Shown: positions 27,993-38,565, counted from the first letter of the stretch. The stretch is DNA of 64,000 bases from an uncultured Lentisphaerales bacterium (GCA_964460215.1 CAYWQM010000005.1:16211-80210); one strand, 5' to 3'. Notes: generated by a model from the letters alone, not told the origin. Made by a program: numbers and translations.

Positions 27993-30461
27993 GTGAGCGT
28001 CGCCATGACCGATTCCGAGCCGGCATTCTCCGCCAAATGGATCGGCCCACCCGGGGACGCCTTGGCGAACTGCACCTTTCTTGCACGGCAGCAGTTTACT
28101 GTCGATGTCGTCATTCCGGATCGTGTGATCCTGCGTATCGCGGCGGACTCGCGATACGTTGCGTTCCTGAACGGCGACTGCCTCGGCGCCGGCCCGGTCC
28201 GCGGCACGGATGAACGGTTCTTCTTCGACAGTTACGAGATTGCGCCGCTGCTTGTCGCCGGCGCCAACTGGCTGGCGCTCCAGGTGCATTGTCCGATCAC
28301 GCCCGTTACCAGCGCGGTGCCACCGGTCGCACCCGCGGTCTGGGCCCAAGGCTCGCGGTGCGAAAGCCCGGGGTGCGAAGGCTCGTCAGTAGCCGAGCGG
28401 TGCGATCAGCTGATCAGGACCGATGCAACATGGCAGATCAAACACGATCCGTCGTACCGCACGGATACTCTCTTCTACACGCATCACATCGGTTATTCGG
28501 TGTATTGCGATCTGCGCAACGAACCCGCCGGCTGGCAAACCGGCGCCGACGGGCACGACGGCTGGGCGAGCGCAGTAGAACTCGCCGATGCGCATGGCCA
28601 TGGCGGCCGCAGGTTGTGCCCGCGCGACATCCCAGCATTGACGGCAGACCGGTATCCGCCGGCTTCGGTGGTCGATTGTGGCGGCGTGCCGTCGCATGAT
28701 GAAGAGACGGAGGAATCCGTTGCTTTTGCCGATCTCATGCAGATGGAGATGCACTTGCACACCGCCATCCCCCGGATCTTGGATCCCAATGTAATCACCC
28801 ACAATAGTCCGGTTCAGATCGTTCCCGCAAATCCGCTGACACCATTGGCGCGCGGTGAAGGTGCGTATCTGATACTGGATTTCGAACGCGCAGTCTGCGG
28901 CGGGCTCGAGCTCGACGTCGAAGGCCCCGCCGGCACGATTGTCGATATTGCCTACGACGAAGCTGTACTGGATCGGCGGGTCAATCCGCGCGCAGTAAAC
29001 CCAAACGGCAGCGTCTACCGCTTTGCGGACCGCTATGTCCTGCGCGAGGGCCGGCAACAGATTTCGGGCCGGCTGCATGATCGCGGATTCCGCCTTGCAC
29101 AACTCGTGTTTCGCCGCTTTCCTGGAACCGTCACGATTCATGGCGTTGCGGCAGAAGACCGCGTGTACCCGATTCCGCTCGAAGGCCGATTCGAGTGTGA
29201 CGATCCGTATTTGAATCGGTTATGGGAAAAATCTGTCGCTACGATAGGCGCCTGTTCGATGGATCTTTTTGTCGACTGCCCCTGGCGCGAACAGACCCTG
29301 TGGCTGGACGATTACTTTCAGGAGAACCTGTTCTATTTCACGATCACCGCAGACGCGCGATTCCCCGCGCGCAATCTGCGGGTGAGCGCTGACGGCGCCC
29401 TGTCGACCGGACAGTTCCCGGGGCGCTATCCGTCGTCCCGCGAGTTGCTGTTGCCCGTCACATCGGCCAACTGGGTGATGGTGTTGAGTGATTACTATCA
29501 TCGTACCGGCGATCTCGAGCTGGTCACCGAGCTGATACCATACGTCGATGGCGTCATCGGCCTTTACGAATCCTGGCAGGATCCGGACAGTCTCGTTGCG
29601 GACCGATCGGACATGTGGAATCTCATTGACTGGGGCTACGAGATCAGCGGCGTACAGCTCGGCGGGAAAACCGCACCGTTGAACATGACTATCGCCGCTA
29701 CGTGCAAACTGGCGTCCAACCTGCATGCTGCATTGGGGCATGCGGACCGGGCAACACAGCTTTCGGCACGTGCACGGGAGATTGTCGCCGCCCTCGAGCA
29801 GACATTGTGGGATGATGATGCACGCCGGTTTCGGGATTGCACAGCGCCCGGCGACGGCCGCCAGACGGCCAGTCAGATTCCTCATGCCCTTGCCGTCTAT
29901 TATGATCTGCTCGACCACGACAAACGCGAAGCGGCGCTAGATGTTCTGACCGCAACGGATGTCGTCGAAGCGGAATACAGCTACCAGTTGTTTGTGCTAG
30001 AGGCGTTAGCCCGGTGCGGGCGGACGGACCATGCGCTGTCCATCATCCGCGAGCGCTGGCGGCACATGGTCGAATCGGATTCGCCGACGCTCTGGGAGGT
30101 AGAGGACGGAAAGTCGGCGATGACCGGCTGCGGCAGCCTGTGTCATGGCTTCTCCTGCGCCCCGCTGGTATTCATGCAGGCGGTGATCCTTGGCGTACGA
30201 CCGATGCAACCGGGGTTTGCGGAGTTCGCAGTGGCGCCGCAGCAGCTCGGATTGCAACACGCCAAGGGCGCGGTTCCGACACCTCACGGCCTGATTCATA
30301 TGGAATGGACAGCACGCGCAAGCGGAGCGCCGCGGCCCCCAGGACACAATGACGGCGAGCTGGACATCAGACTTACAGTGCCGGCGGACACAACGGCAGT
30401 TTTGCCCGACGGCCGGCGGCTGTCCCCGGGAACGCATGCGGTGGTTCTACAGTCTGGATAG
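27993..30461 (+). CDS. Alpha-L-rhamnosidase (GH78 family)
   Basis: ~822 aa. FVDCPWREQTLWLDDYF (C-P-x-RE-x-GW-x-GD-like motif) and six-hairpin region; architecture typical of bacterial GH78. Confidence 0.75.
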   Translation: MSVAMTDSEPAFSAKWIGPPGDALANCTFLARQQFTVDVVIPDRVILRIAADSRYVAFLNGDCLGAGPVRGTDERFFFDSYEIAPLLVAGANWLALQVHCPITPVTSAVPPVAPAVWAQGSRCESPGCEGSSVAERCDQLIRTDATWQIKHDPSYRTDTLFYTHHIGYSVYCDLRNEPAGWQTGADGHDGWASAVELADAHGHGGRRLCPRDIPALTADRYPPASVVDCGGVPSHDEETEESVAFADLMQMEMHLHTAIPRILDPNVITHNSPVQIVPANPLTPLARGEGAYLILDFERAVCGGLELDVEGPAGTIVDIAYDEAVLDRRVNPRAVNPNGSVYRFADRYVLREGRQQISGRLHDRGFRLAQLVFRRFPGTVTIHGVAAEDRVYPIPLEGRFECDDPYLNRLWEKSVATIGACSMDLFVDCPWREQTLWLDDYFQENLFYFTITADARFPARNLRVSADGALSTGQFPGRYPSSRELLLPVTSANWVMVLSDYYHRTGDLELVTELIPYVDGVIGLYESWQDPDSLVADRSDMWNLIDWGYEISGVQLGGKTAPLNMTIAATCKLASNLHAALGHADRATQLSARAREIVAALEQTLWDDDARRFRDCTAPGDGRQTASQIPHALAVYYDLLDHDKREAALDVLTATDVVEAEYSYQLFVLEALARCGRTDHALSIIRERWRHMVESDSPTLWEVEDGKSAMTGCGSLCHGFSCAPLVFMQAVILGVRPMQPGFAEFAVAPQQLGLQHAKGAVPTPHGLIHMEWTARASGAPRPPGHNDGELDIRLTVPADTTAVLPDGRRLSPGTHAVVLQSG

Positions 30462-30736
30462 TGTCGCGGCAATAGTCTTGAATGGCAGGGACCTAAGGTC
30501 TTAGAAGTGAACAGCCGACATTCGCTTGGCGGCGTCAGTAGCGAGCGTCGCGCCGCGCGCTCGGAGACGTGATGAACGCAAGGGCACCGTCGGAATTCCA
30601 AGCTTTTTTCGCGTATTCGGTCGCGAACACGTCGGGATGTCTGTTTCGCATCCACTTCCGTTGTCATCTTGATTCAGGCAAGACTACATTTGCGGCTTCG
30701 ATTCAACATCATCAGTTCATCAGGCGAGGCAGACCA

Positions 30737-31489
30737 ATGGGGCAGAGACTGGAAGATAAGATCGCGATCGTCACTGGTAGCGGGCGCGGTATCGGAGGGG
30801 CCATCGCGCTGGCTTTCGCCCGTGAGGGTGCGCATGTGGCCATTGCGGAGCTGGACGACGAAACCGGCGACGCGATGGCAAAGAAGATCCAATCCCTCGG
30901 CCGGCGAAGCCTCTTCGTCAAGACCGACATGTCGGTGAAAGGCGAAATCGATGCCATGGTGGCGTCCGTGTTGGCGGAGTTCGCAACGATCGACATTCTG
31001 GTGAACAACGCCGGCGTCCATCTGATGGCGCCGTTCCTGGAAGTTCCCGAAGAGATGTTCGATCGGACGATGAATACGAACCTGAAGAGCCAGTTCTTCT
31101 GTACCCAGGCAGTCGGACGTCACATGGCAGAACGGCAGCAGGGAAAAATCATCAACATCAGTTCAATTTCTGCCGAGATCGCAGATCCCGGCGCGTCCCA
31201 CTACTGCATGAGCAAAGGGGGCATACAGATGCTGACCCGCGCGGCGGCGCTCGAACTGGCAGAGTATAACATCCAGGTGAATGCCATCGCGCCCGGCACG
31301 ATCAAGACCAAACTGACGCCGTGGTACGACTCGCAGGACTCGGTGGACTACTGCGCGAAGTTCGTGCCCGCAGGCCGCTTCGCCATGCCCGAAGAGCTGT
31401 GCGGCGCCGCCCTTTATCTGGCGTCCGATGACGCCAGTTACACCACGGGTGCAACCATTGTCGTCGATGGCGGATTGATGACGCAATGA
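30737..31489 (+). CDS. SDR-family oxidoreductase (short-chain dehydrogenase)
   Basis: TGSGRGIGGAIALAFAREGA...NNAG...S..YCMSKGG (TGxxxGIG, YxxxK). Start at MGQRL (ORF track begins 30569). Confidence 0.85.
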   Translation: MGQRLEDKIAIVTGSGRGIGGAIALAFAREGAHVAIAELDDETGDAMAKKIQSLGRRSLFVKTDMSVKGEIDAMVASVLAEFATIDILVNNAGVHLMAPFLEVPEEMFDRTMNTNLKSQFFCTQAVGRHMAERQQGKIINISSISAEIADPGASHYCMSKGGIQMLTRAAALELAEYNIQVNAIAPGTIKTKLTPWYDSQDSVDYCAKFVPAGRFAMPEELCGAALYLASDDASYTTGATIVVDGGLMTQ

Positions 31490-31536
31490 AGCCGTACATT
31501 CCCAATGCCTGAGAGACCCATGGTGACACGTATCAT

Positions 31537-31917
31537 GTGGCACAGAACTGCGCCCATGCGTCAGATGACAATCCCGGCACCGAATCGCTTCCGCTAAAGA
31601 CCATTTCCGCTGCGACGGACAGGGCCCGTGTCTTCGATCAGATCCTGATTGACGAAGGCGGGGACCGCGAACAGGTGCCGATCACCAGACACGGAACGCC
31701 CTGGGAGGCAAACAGCCTGCTCCTCTTCCGTGCGGTCCCGGGCAAGGCGGTTTATCTGCTCGGATCTGATCCGTTTGAGGCCGATTGGGAAACAGTTGCC
31801 GACGGTACATACCGAGCGCAACTCCCTGCGTCACTCTTCGGCGATGAGACGTACAATCCGTACGAACGCAGTTGTGTGGTGGACGAACCGGGGATTGCGC
31901 GCCTCAGCGACTGCTAG
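31537..31917 (+). CDS. Hypothetical 126-aa protein, N-terminus resembles the start of right-handed beta-helix (pectate-lyase-3/DUF1565-like) proteins; possibly a truncated remnant
   Basis: GTESLPLKTISAATDRARVFDQILIDEGG parallels G-x-x-x-PF-x-TI-x-A-x-x-A-x-x-GDTI. Protein is far shorter than family members. Confidence 0.3.
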   Translation: MAQNCAHASDDNPGTESLPLKTISAATDRARVFDQILIDEGGDREQVPITRHGTPWEANSLLLFRAVPGKAVYLLGSDPFEADWETVADGTYRAQLPASLFGDETYNPYERSCVVDEPGIARLSDC

Positions 31918-31963
31918 TAGTTGACGTTCCAAACGTCAGTGTTGCCGGGGTCGAGGGAATCGC

Positions 31964-32710
31964 TCAGTTGCCGCCGCCATAATGCGAATTCACAGCCCGC
32001 CACCGAAAATGCCAGTCAGTGCTGAGCGCGATCTCCAGGTATGGATCGCCGATGAACCCCGCACTGCCATCGTAATAGACTACACCGTAGCCGTCGGCGT
32101 GTGATCTGGTGGCATTCCCGTCTCCGTCCCAATAGGACCAGTGCTCGGGGTTTTCACTGATGATCGTGCCGGGCTTCCAACCCTCATCCGCGGTTGGTGT
32201 AACAACCCGAAAGGTATGTTCGTAGGAGACGGAGCAGCCTATATCCGGTGTCTGCACGATACCCCACAGCGCCATTTCCTCTTCTCTGCTACGACCATAC
32301 CCGAAAGGATCCGAGCCGTCCTCGGCCGGGCAGTAGAGGCTTTCCAGGGTCGGCAGGTACCCGTCGCTGCGCAGGTAGCCTGCGTCAGAGTTGTGGTTAT
32401 AGGCCCAGGCCATGGAGTGAGCGGTCGTTCCGTAGTATCCGTGCCCGAAGTATCCCGGCGCTGGCGAAGGAGTATTCTTCTGTGGCATCACCCAGCCGCC
32501 CCAGTCATCAGCATATATCAGGGTTGCAAGCTGTGTCTGCTTGAGGTTGTTGATGCACACAATCCGATACGCTCTTCGCTTGGCTTCATTGAGTGCTGGC
32601 AGCAGCAGCGAGGCAAGAATAGCGATGATCGTAATTACCACGAGTAACTCTATGAGCGTGAAAACTCTGCAACGCATGGGAGGGCTGGAAATGACAGTGT
32701 GGATTTTCAA
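31964..32710 (-). CDS. DUF1559 / H-X9-DG domain protein with prepilin-type N-terminal cleavage/methylation domain
   Basis: [32 protein letters not shown]-terminus and C-terminal [14 protein letters not shown] (H-x9-DG). Confidence 0.85.
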   Translation of the reverse strand: MKIHTVISSPPMRCRVFTLIELLVVITIIAILASLLLPALNEAKRRAYRIVCINNLKQTQLATLIYADDWGGWVMPQKNTPSPAPGYFGHGYYGTTAHSMAWAYNHNSDAGYLRSDGYLPTLESLYCPAEDGSDPFGYGRSREEEMALWGIVQTPDIGCSVSYEHTFRVVTPTADEGWKPGTIISENPEHWSYWDGDGNATRSHADGYGVVYYDGSAGFIGDPYLEIALSTDWHFRWRAVNSHYGGGN

Positions 32711-33005
32711 ACCTACATGATGTTGAACGATTTTAATTTCCTTTTTCTGTTGTACTATAGAGGCCCGTTCAGCTGTGCTATAATACCGTTGAAATCAGAC
32801 GTTTTACAACGTTGTCCTGGAGTTTCGGATTGACGTTTGTGGGGCCTATTAGCCTTGGCTTTGGCCGGAATGATTCATAAACTGACGGACAGGATTTTTA
32901 CGGCTTTTCAAGGTCAGTAATACTGCTATGGGACGCGGCCTGGAATTCGAGGCACGATGTTGGCGGCTTTTTGCTCATTGACGACGATTGGCGTAAGTTT
33001 GAGCC

Positions 33006-33935
33006 GTGCAATTCACAACGAACAGGACTCGTATCATGGCGATGATGCCCATGACGGCAACCAGACCGCACCAGGACTCCACGGAATTGTTGTTGGATCC
33101 ACCGGCATTACGGGCCCGGGCAGACGAACAGGGGTACTTCTGCTTCAAGGGACTGCTGCCGGCCGCCGACGTGCTGGCGGTCCGACGCCAGATTCTCGAG
33201 ACCTGTCAACACCACGGATTTCTCGACGATCAGGCACCGCTCGAAAACGGTATCGCCAGGAATGATTTCTTTATCCGTGAATCCGGCACTGACCCCGTGT
33301 GGCTTGCGTACTACAAGGACATCCTTAAGCTGCATGATTTTCATGCACTCGCCCAACACGAAAATCTCCTGGCGGTGCTCGAAACTCTGATCGGCGAACC
33401 GGTGTTGCCGCACAGTCGCAATATTTCGATGGCCCTTTTCCCTCGAGGCGTCGAGACAACGACACCGGCGCACCAGGATTTCAATTTCATCGGCGGCACG
33501 GAGGAAACCTGGACGGTTTGGATTCCGTGCGGAGACTGTCCGCTGAGCCTGGGCGGGCTGGCGATAGTACCCGGGTCAAATCACTGGGGATTCAAGGAAC
33601 ATGCGGCGTACGATCCGACCGTTCCCAGTTGTCTCGACTTTCCCGCCGACAGCGTTTGGGCGGTAAGTGAGTTGACAACCGGCGACGTACTCATGTTTAA
33701 AAGCACTACCGTGCACCAGGGCGTGGCAAACCCCAGCCCCAATCAGATCCGGTTGTCGCTCGATTTCCGCTATCAACCACGGTCTCACCCAGTGCGCAGC
33801 GATTCGCTGGAACCGCACATGCAGATATTGACGTGGGACGAGGTCTACCAGGACTGGCCGGCCGATGACCCGCTGAAGTACTACTGGAAGGACTGGCCGC
33901 TAAACATCGTCGAAGAAACAGCCGCTCAGGGATAG
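33006..33935 (+). CDS. Phytanoyl-CoA dioxygenase (PhyH) family protein
   Basis: PAHQDFNF...LAIVPGSNHWG...STTVHQG is an H-x-D...H 2OG-oxygenase pattern. True start ambiguous among several early Met codons (33006-33051). Confidence 0.65.
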   Translation: MQFTTNRTRIMAMMPMTATRPHQDSTELLLDPPALRARADEQGYFCFKGLLPAADVLAVRRQILETCQHHGFLDDQAPLENGIARNDFFIRESGTDPVWLAYYKDILKLHDFHALAQHENLLAVLETLIGEPVLPHSRNISMALFPRGVETTTPAHQDFNFIGGTEETWTVWIPCGDCPLSLGGLAIVPGSNHWGFKEHAAYDPTVPSCLDFPADSVWAVSELTTGDVLMFKSTTVHQGVANPSPNQIRLSLDFRYQPRSHPVRSDSLEPHMQILTWDEVYQDWPADDPLKYYWKDWPLNIVEETAAQG

Positions 33936-33942
33936 ATCTGTT

Positions 33943-36900
33943 ATGCAAAAAAAGTCGCCATCCACCGATGAACTGGCACAGCTGTTCGCCGAGCCGCCGC
34001 TCGAGTACAGCGATTTCATGACCTATTTCTGGGAGTCAGGCAAGCTCTCTAAAGAGCAGCTGACCTGGCAACTCGAACAGATAAAGGCGAAAGGCGTCGG
34101 CGGTACCTGGTATTATCCTCGCTACGTGCGCGGCGAGCCGCACGCGCAGCCACCCTACTGGAGCGATGACTGGTGGGAATTCTTCGAACACTATGTCGCC
34201 GAACACGAGCGCCTCGGCATGACGGTCTGGTTTGCCGACTGGACCGGACAGGAATCGTGGCAGGACAAACTGCGCGCCGAGAGTGAGCACAACCCGGATC
34301 TGAAAGGCGGCCGGCTGGTCATCCATCAGGCCGAGGGGCGTGACGATGAAACGCTGCAGCTCGAAATTCCTGCTGATGAGGAATTGCTCTGTGCACGAGC
34401 CTTTCGTGTCATCCAGGGCGCGTCACCGCAAAGTCTAAACGAGACAATCAGGCTCGACGGCGACGACAGCCTCGACCTCGCCGACAGGATTGCCGACGGG
34501 CGGCTGAGTTGGCAGGCGCCGGACGGGGCGTGGATGGTCGCAGTGGTTTGTAGCCAGCCGCACGACCTTGACTACCTCAACCCGCATGTGGCCCAGCGTT
34601 GGCTCGATATCTACTGGGAACCGCACATCGAACATCTCGGGCGATTTGTGCCGGATACGCTGCGCGGATATCTGCAGGACGAAATCTATGTGCTGGGCGG
34701 CAATATCGTTTACGCGGAGAGCCTGCTGGCGCGATTCCAGTCGGAGAACGAGTACGATCCGCGCCCGCACCTGGTCGGTCTGTTCCATGATATCGGCGAC
34801 TTCACCGACAAGATACGATGCGAATACTACGACGCGATGTCGGCTTTGCTCGAGGAGAATCTTTACCGACCGCTCTCCGACTGGCACGAGGCGCGTGGCA
34901 TGCAGTTCAGCACCATCGCCACGTGGGGACGGCAGAGCATGCTGGGGCAGACCTACCAGTACGGTGACATTTTCCGCCTGTGCCGCTGGTTTCACATCAC
35001 CGGCAACGAGGACCCCGGCCACACCGAGCCCGGCGGCCGATGTTTTGCAGACGCCAAGTTGTCCAGCTCGGTTCTGCATCTGTACGAGCGCGACCGCGCT
35101 GCGATGTGCGTCTACTGGGGGTCCGGACATGGCATGACCCAGGAAGAAAACCTGGCGTGGACGAATGAGAATTATGCGTACGGTCTGAACATGTACAATA
35201 CCCATGGCGGCCTCTACGGCAGTCTCGGGAGCTGGTACGAATGGGTGCCACCCTCCGTGCACTTCCGGCAGCCGTACTGGGAGCATTGGGATTGCTTTAC
35301 GCAACATGTGTCGCGCCTCAGCGCGATCCTGAGCCAGGGTGTGCATCGTGCTGACGTGGCCTTGCTGTATCCGCTAACCTCGGTCCACGCGAACTGGTTG
35401 AAGGGCGATCACTTCACTGCTGCCGGGGACGAAGTCGAGATGGAAGGCATGGCCCTGGCCCAGCAAATCTATACAAGCGGGATCGACTTCGATTTCGTCG
35501 ATGACCTCAAGCTGAACGAAGCCACTGTCAACGATGGTATCCTGCATATCGACGAACTCGAGTTCCGGGTCGTGCTGATGCCGCCGATGACTACGATTCG
35601 TACCGATACGCTTGAGAAAATAAAAGCCTTCTACGAAGGCGGCGGCACCGTCATCGCTGTAAGTCATTTGCCGGGCGGTTCGGCGGAGCACGGCCGCAAC
35701 GACCCGCGCATCCGTGAGCTGTTGACAGAGCTGTTCGGGATCTCCACCAGTTCAGATTATATCCACGCCGTCGGTAGATCAACCCAGGAAGTGAGCCGTA
35801 TCAGCACGCAGCGGCATGCGGACGGCGGCCAGGCCATTTTTATCCCGCAGCCGGAATTGCACAGCAACGTCTGGTACGATCCGGGTTTCTTCCGGACCAA
35901 AGCCGACACGTCTTCCGTTATTGCCAACGCGATCGAACGGGACGTGGTAGCATCGGGCGGAGTAACGCTTAGCGAAGCCGGGGATATTTACCACACACAC
36001 CAGCGGATCGACGCGCTCGACGTCTACTTCCTCTACAACGTGCGGGCTGAAAAGAGAAGCCTGACATTCACCTTTCGAGTCGAGGGTGACCCCGAAATAT
36101 GGGATACCTTCAGTGGCCGGATCTTGCCGTATCATCGGTTCGAGCGCCACGAAGGAAAGACGACAGTGCGGCTGGAGATGGAGCGGAATCAGGGCATCGT
36201 TCTGGTGTTCAGGGCCGGCGAGCGCCCCCAAATCGTGCATGACGATCTCGACACGGTCGTCGATGTGCAGGCCGGCGCCGAAGGTCTGGTGATCGACGGC
36301 TACTGCACCACCGGCGGCCGCAAGCAGGTGCGCATCCAATCCGGCACCGAAACCTGCATCGGTGAGGCAAGGATCGAATCGCCGCCGCCGCCGATTAATC
36401 TGGTGGGCGATTGGGACTTCGAGCTGCGGCCGACGATGGACAATCGCTGGGGCGACTGGCGTTGGCCTGCGAGTGATACCATGGTCGAGCCCGAGGCGCG
36501 AATCTTTCGATACCGCGAGGAAGCGGCCGGCGCCGGCTGTGCCGCGGGCTGGCACCAGCCAGACTTCAACGATGCCGCCTGGGACGAAGTCACATATTCT
36601 TTCGGACCGTACTGGCTCGGGCTCGGCCCGTTCGCGGACGGTGCGGAACCTGACGACATCGCATCGATCATTGCCGGGGACACCGATCCCGAGGGCGTCT
36701 GGGAAGAACATGTTTTTTCGCAGGCACTGGGGCACCTCAGCATGGACGTTTACGGTGCCCATGCCGGCGTCCACGGTCTCGACGATCACTTCATCTACTT
36801 CCCGGCGACCGGTGATGAAGAAGATTCATGGCGCTGTTTATTCACCTGGGTGCACGTTTCGGAAGCGGGCGACTGGAATTTTCATTTCGGCCACGGCGCC

Positions 36901-37875
36901 GGTCAGGATCAGCACGAAGAACTCTGGGCGTACGATACCGGTGGTCAAGGCGGTGTCGGGCAACGGGCCTGGATCAATGACCGCGAGATCGTGACGTTCG
37001 GCCCGGATCAGCAGGCCGCTATCGTGCCGGTGCGTCTGGAGCAGGGGCTGAATCGGGTCATGATCAAGTTGCTTCACCATCAGGGGCAATCGATAAATAT
37101 TTATGCAGCCTTCCGCCCTACAGATGATGCCGCCGCGCAAGAAACACCGCCGCCGCCATATTTGAAATGGTTCGCCGGTGATAACTTGCCGACATACGAC
37201 ATTGCGCCGCACACTACTGGCCGGGTGGGCTGGTACCGTTTCGAAGCGCCGGCAGGGACACGGACGATCACAGTGCCCCTCGAGGCTGCTGCGGCGCAAG
37301 CCTGGGTCAACGGCAATGAGGTCGAGATCCGCGACGGCTGTATCGATGTCCCTGCAACTCTGGACCGTGTCGAAGGATCGCCAATAGCCGACAGTGTTAC
37401 TCAGATAGCATTGCGGTTGGAGCAAACGCCCGGATGCTATGCCGGGGCAGCAATCCCTGAGCCTGTGAGATTCACCTGTGACCCCACGCGCATGCCTTTG
37501 GGTGACTGGTCCGGCTATGCCCTGGAAACATACTCCGGCGGCGCTGTCTACAGCAAAGAGTTCACGCTGACCGCGGCGCACCTGGACGCGGCGATAACCC
37601 TAGATCTGGGAGAGGCGCGGATCAGTGCCGAAGTCGAGGTCAACGGCCGATACGTCGGCGTCGGACTGGGCCGTCCCTACTGCTTCGACATCACAGAATA
37701 CGTCCGCGAGGGCGTGAACGCATTGAAAGTGACCGTCTACAATTCGCTGGCGAACCACTATGCCGTTGCGTTCCCGTCGTCGTATGTGTTCGAGGGCCAG
37801 ACCGTGTCCGGACTGCTCGGTCCGGTGGAGCTGCGGTTCAGCACGCGGGTGCGGTTGACGGCAAACGCCCAGTGA
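33943..37875 (+). CDS. Very large (1310 aa) glycoside hydrolase-like protein (GH106/GH2-like; C-terminal galactose-binding-like beta-sandwich)
   Basis: C-terminal EVNGRYVGVGLGRPYCFDITEYVREGVNALKVTVYNSLANHY matches the GH2-N/GH106 sugar-binding beta-sandwich pattern (NG..VG...PF.FDIT..L..G.N.L.V.V.N). The N-terminal region resembles rhamnosidase-type catalytic modules. Located next to GH78 and fuconate dehydratase. Confidence 0.55.
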   Translation: MQKKSPSTDELAQLFAEPPLEYSDFMTYFWESGKLSKEQLTWQLEQIKAKGVGGTWYYPRYVRGEPHAQPPYWSDDWWEFFEHYVAEHERLGMTVWFADWTGQESWQDKLRAESEHNPDLKGGRLVIHQAEGRDDETLQLEIPADEELLCARAFRVIQGASPQSLNETIRLDGDDSLDLADRIADGRLSWQAPDGAWMVAVVCSQPHDLDYLNPHVAQRWLDIYWEPHIEHLGRFVPDTLRGYLQDEIYVLGGNIVYAESLLARFQSENEYDPRPHLVGLFHDIGDFTDKIRCEYYDAMSALLEENLYRPLSDWHEARGMQFSTIATWGRQSMLGQTYQYGDIFRLCRWFHITGNEDPGHTEPGGRCFADAKLSSSVLHLYERDRAAMCVYWGSGHGMTQEENLAWTNENYAYGLNMYNTHGGLYGSLGSWYEWVPPSVHFRQPYWEHWDCFTQHVSRLSAILSQGVHRADVALLYPLTSVHANWLKGDHFTAAGDEVEMEGMALAQQIYTSGIDFDFVDDLKLNEATVNDGILHIDELEFRVVLMPPMTTIRTDTLEKIKAFYEGGGTVIAVSHLPGGSAEHGRNDPRIRELLTELFGISTSSDYIHAVGRSTQEVSRISTQRHADGGQAIFIPQPELHSNVWYDPGFFRTKADTSSVIANAIERDVVASGGVTLSEAGDIYHTHQRIDALDVYFLYNVRAEKRSLTFTFRVEGDPEIWDTFSGRILPYHRFERHEGKTTVRLEMERNQGIVLVFRAGERPQIVHDDLDTVVDVQAGAEGLVIDGYCTTGGRKQVRIQSGTETCIGEARIESPPPPINLVGDWDFELRPTMDNRWGDWRWPASDTMVEPEARIFRYREEAAGAGCAAGWHQPDFNDAAWDEVTYSFGPYWLGLGPFADGAEPDDIASIIAGDTDPEGVWEEHVFSQALGHLSMDVYGAHAGVHGLDDHFIYFPATGDEEDSWRCLFTWVHVSEAGDWNFHFGHGAGQDQHEELWAYDTGGQGGVGQRAWINDREIVTFGPDQQAAIVPVRLEQGLNRVMIKLLHHQGQSINIYAAFRPTDDAAAQETPPPPYLKWFAGDNLPTYDIAPHTTGRVGWYRFEAPAGTRTITVPLEAAAAQAWVNGNEVEIRDGCIDVPATLDRVEGSPIADSVTQIALRLEQTPGCYAGAAIPEPVRFTCDPTRMPLGDWSGYALETYSGGAVYSKEFTLTAAHLDAAITLDLGEARISAEVEVNGRYVGVGLGRPYCFDITEYVREGVNALKVTVYNSLANHYAVAFPSSYVFEGQTVSGLLGPVELRFSTRVRLTANAQ

Positions 37876-38007
37876 GTCGCTACCGGGAATAGGCTGTCCG
37901 GCAGCTGGGAATTCGCAGCCTGTCAGGCCGGAATCCACTATCAATTCCCTCGCGCCCCCGATTTCCATCGCCTCAGGAGTAAGCTTGGGCCCAGCCCCCC
38001 TCGGGGG

Positions 38008-38307
38008 TCAACGGTGGCCGCTGCCGGGACTCCGTCCCGTCGATCCGCTGGTTTGTCCTCCGCGATCGTTGTTTTCCCAAAAACCGTCCTTACCCTCGAA
38101 CGGCGACCTGGCTTTCGGTACCGTTTTTTCTTTATCGGTTGCGGGGACGTCCTCCGCCGGTTCCCGTTCGGCCGCGGCCTTTATGCGTTCCTCTTCGGCG
38201 GCGGCGTGGGCCGCCCGGGCTTCCCCGTCGTCTTTTGACAGGCAACACTTCTTGTATTTCTTGCCGCTGCCGCAGTGGCACGGCTCGTTGCGTCCCAGTT
38301 TTGCCAT
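38008..38307 (-). CDS. SEC-C motif (SecA C-terminal metal-binding-like) domain small protein
   Basis: MAKLGRNEPCHCGSGKKYKKCC is the SEC-C zinc-binding motif; Gly/Ala/Glu-rich tail. Confidence 0.75.
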   Translation of the reverse strand: MAKLGRNEPCHCGSGKKYKKCCLSKDDGEARAAHAAAEEERIKAAAEREPAEDVPATDKEKTVPKARSPFEGKDGFWENNDRGGQTSGSTGRSPGSGHR

Positions 38308-38494
38308 CTGTCCATCTCCCGAGTCGGGTTGTGATCTATTTTACTTTGACTGTAGATAATTTAGCCTCACAATTAGGGAATTGTGAAAGGGCGACAACGG
38401 ATTGATGAAAAAGTAACGGGCGAGATGACCGTAATTGCCCTGACCTGGTTCCCGTGCTACCGCGCCTGCCGCCCTGAGAACCGAAATCCGCGAA

Positions 38495-38565
38495 CATTAT
38501 TACAAAAACAATATTAGATAAATATATAACTAAGTATATATACATCTAATATATTATCATTTCAG
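38495..38565. other. Extreme AT-rich island (~20% GC) inside a 457-bp intergenic region
   Basis: cattattacaaaaacaatattagataaatatataactaagtatatatacatctaatatattatcatttcag in a ~62% GC context. Lies between the stop of the ldh-like gene and the promoter side of the SEC-C gene. Confidence 0.6.

Noticed and set aside
34435-36789. Two long minus-strand ORFs (303 and 336 aa) inside the 1310-aa GH gene
   Set aside because: They are antisense shadow ORFs of a high-GC gene. The + strand frame carries the recognisable beta-sandwich and other domain motifs.
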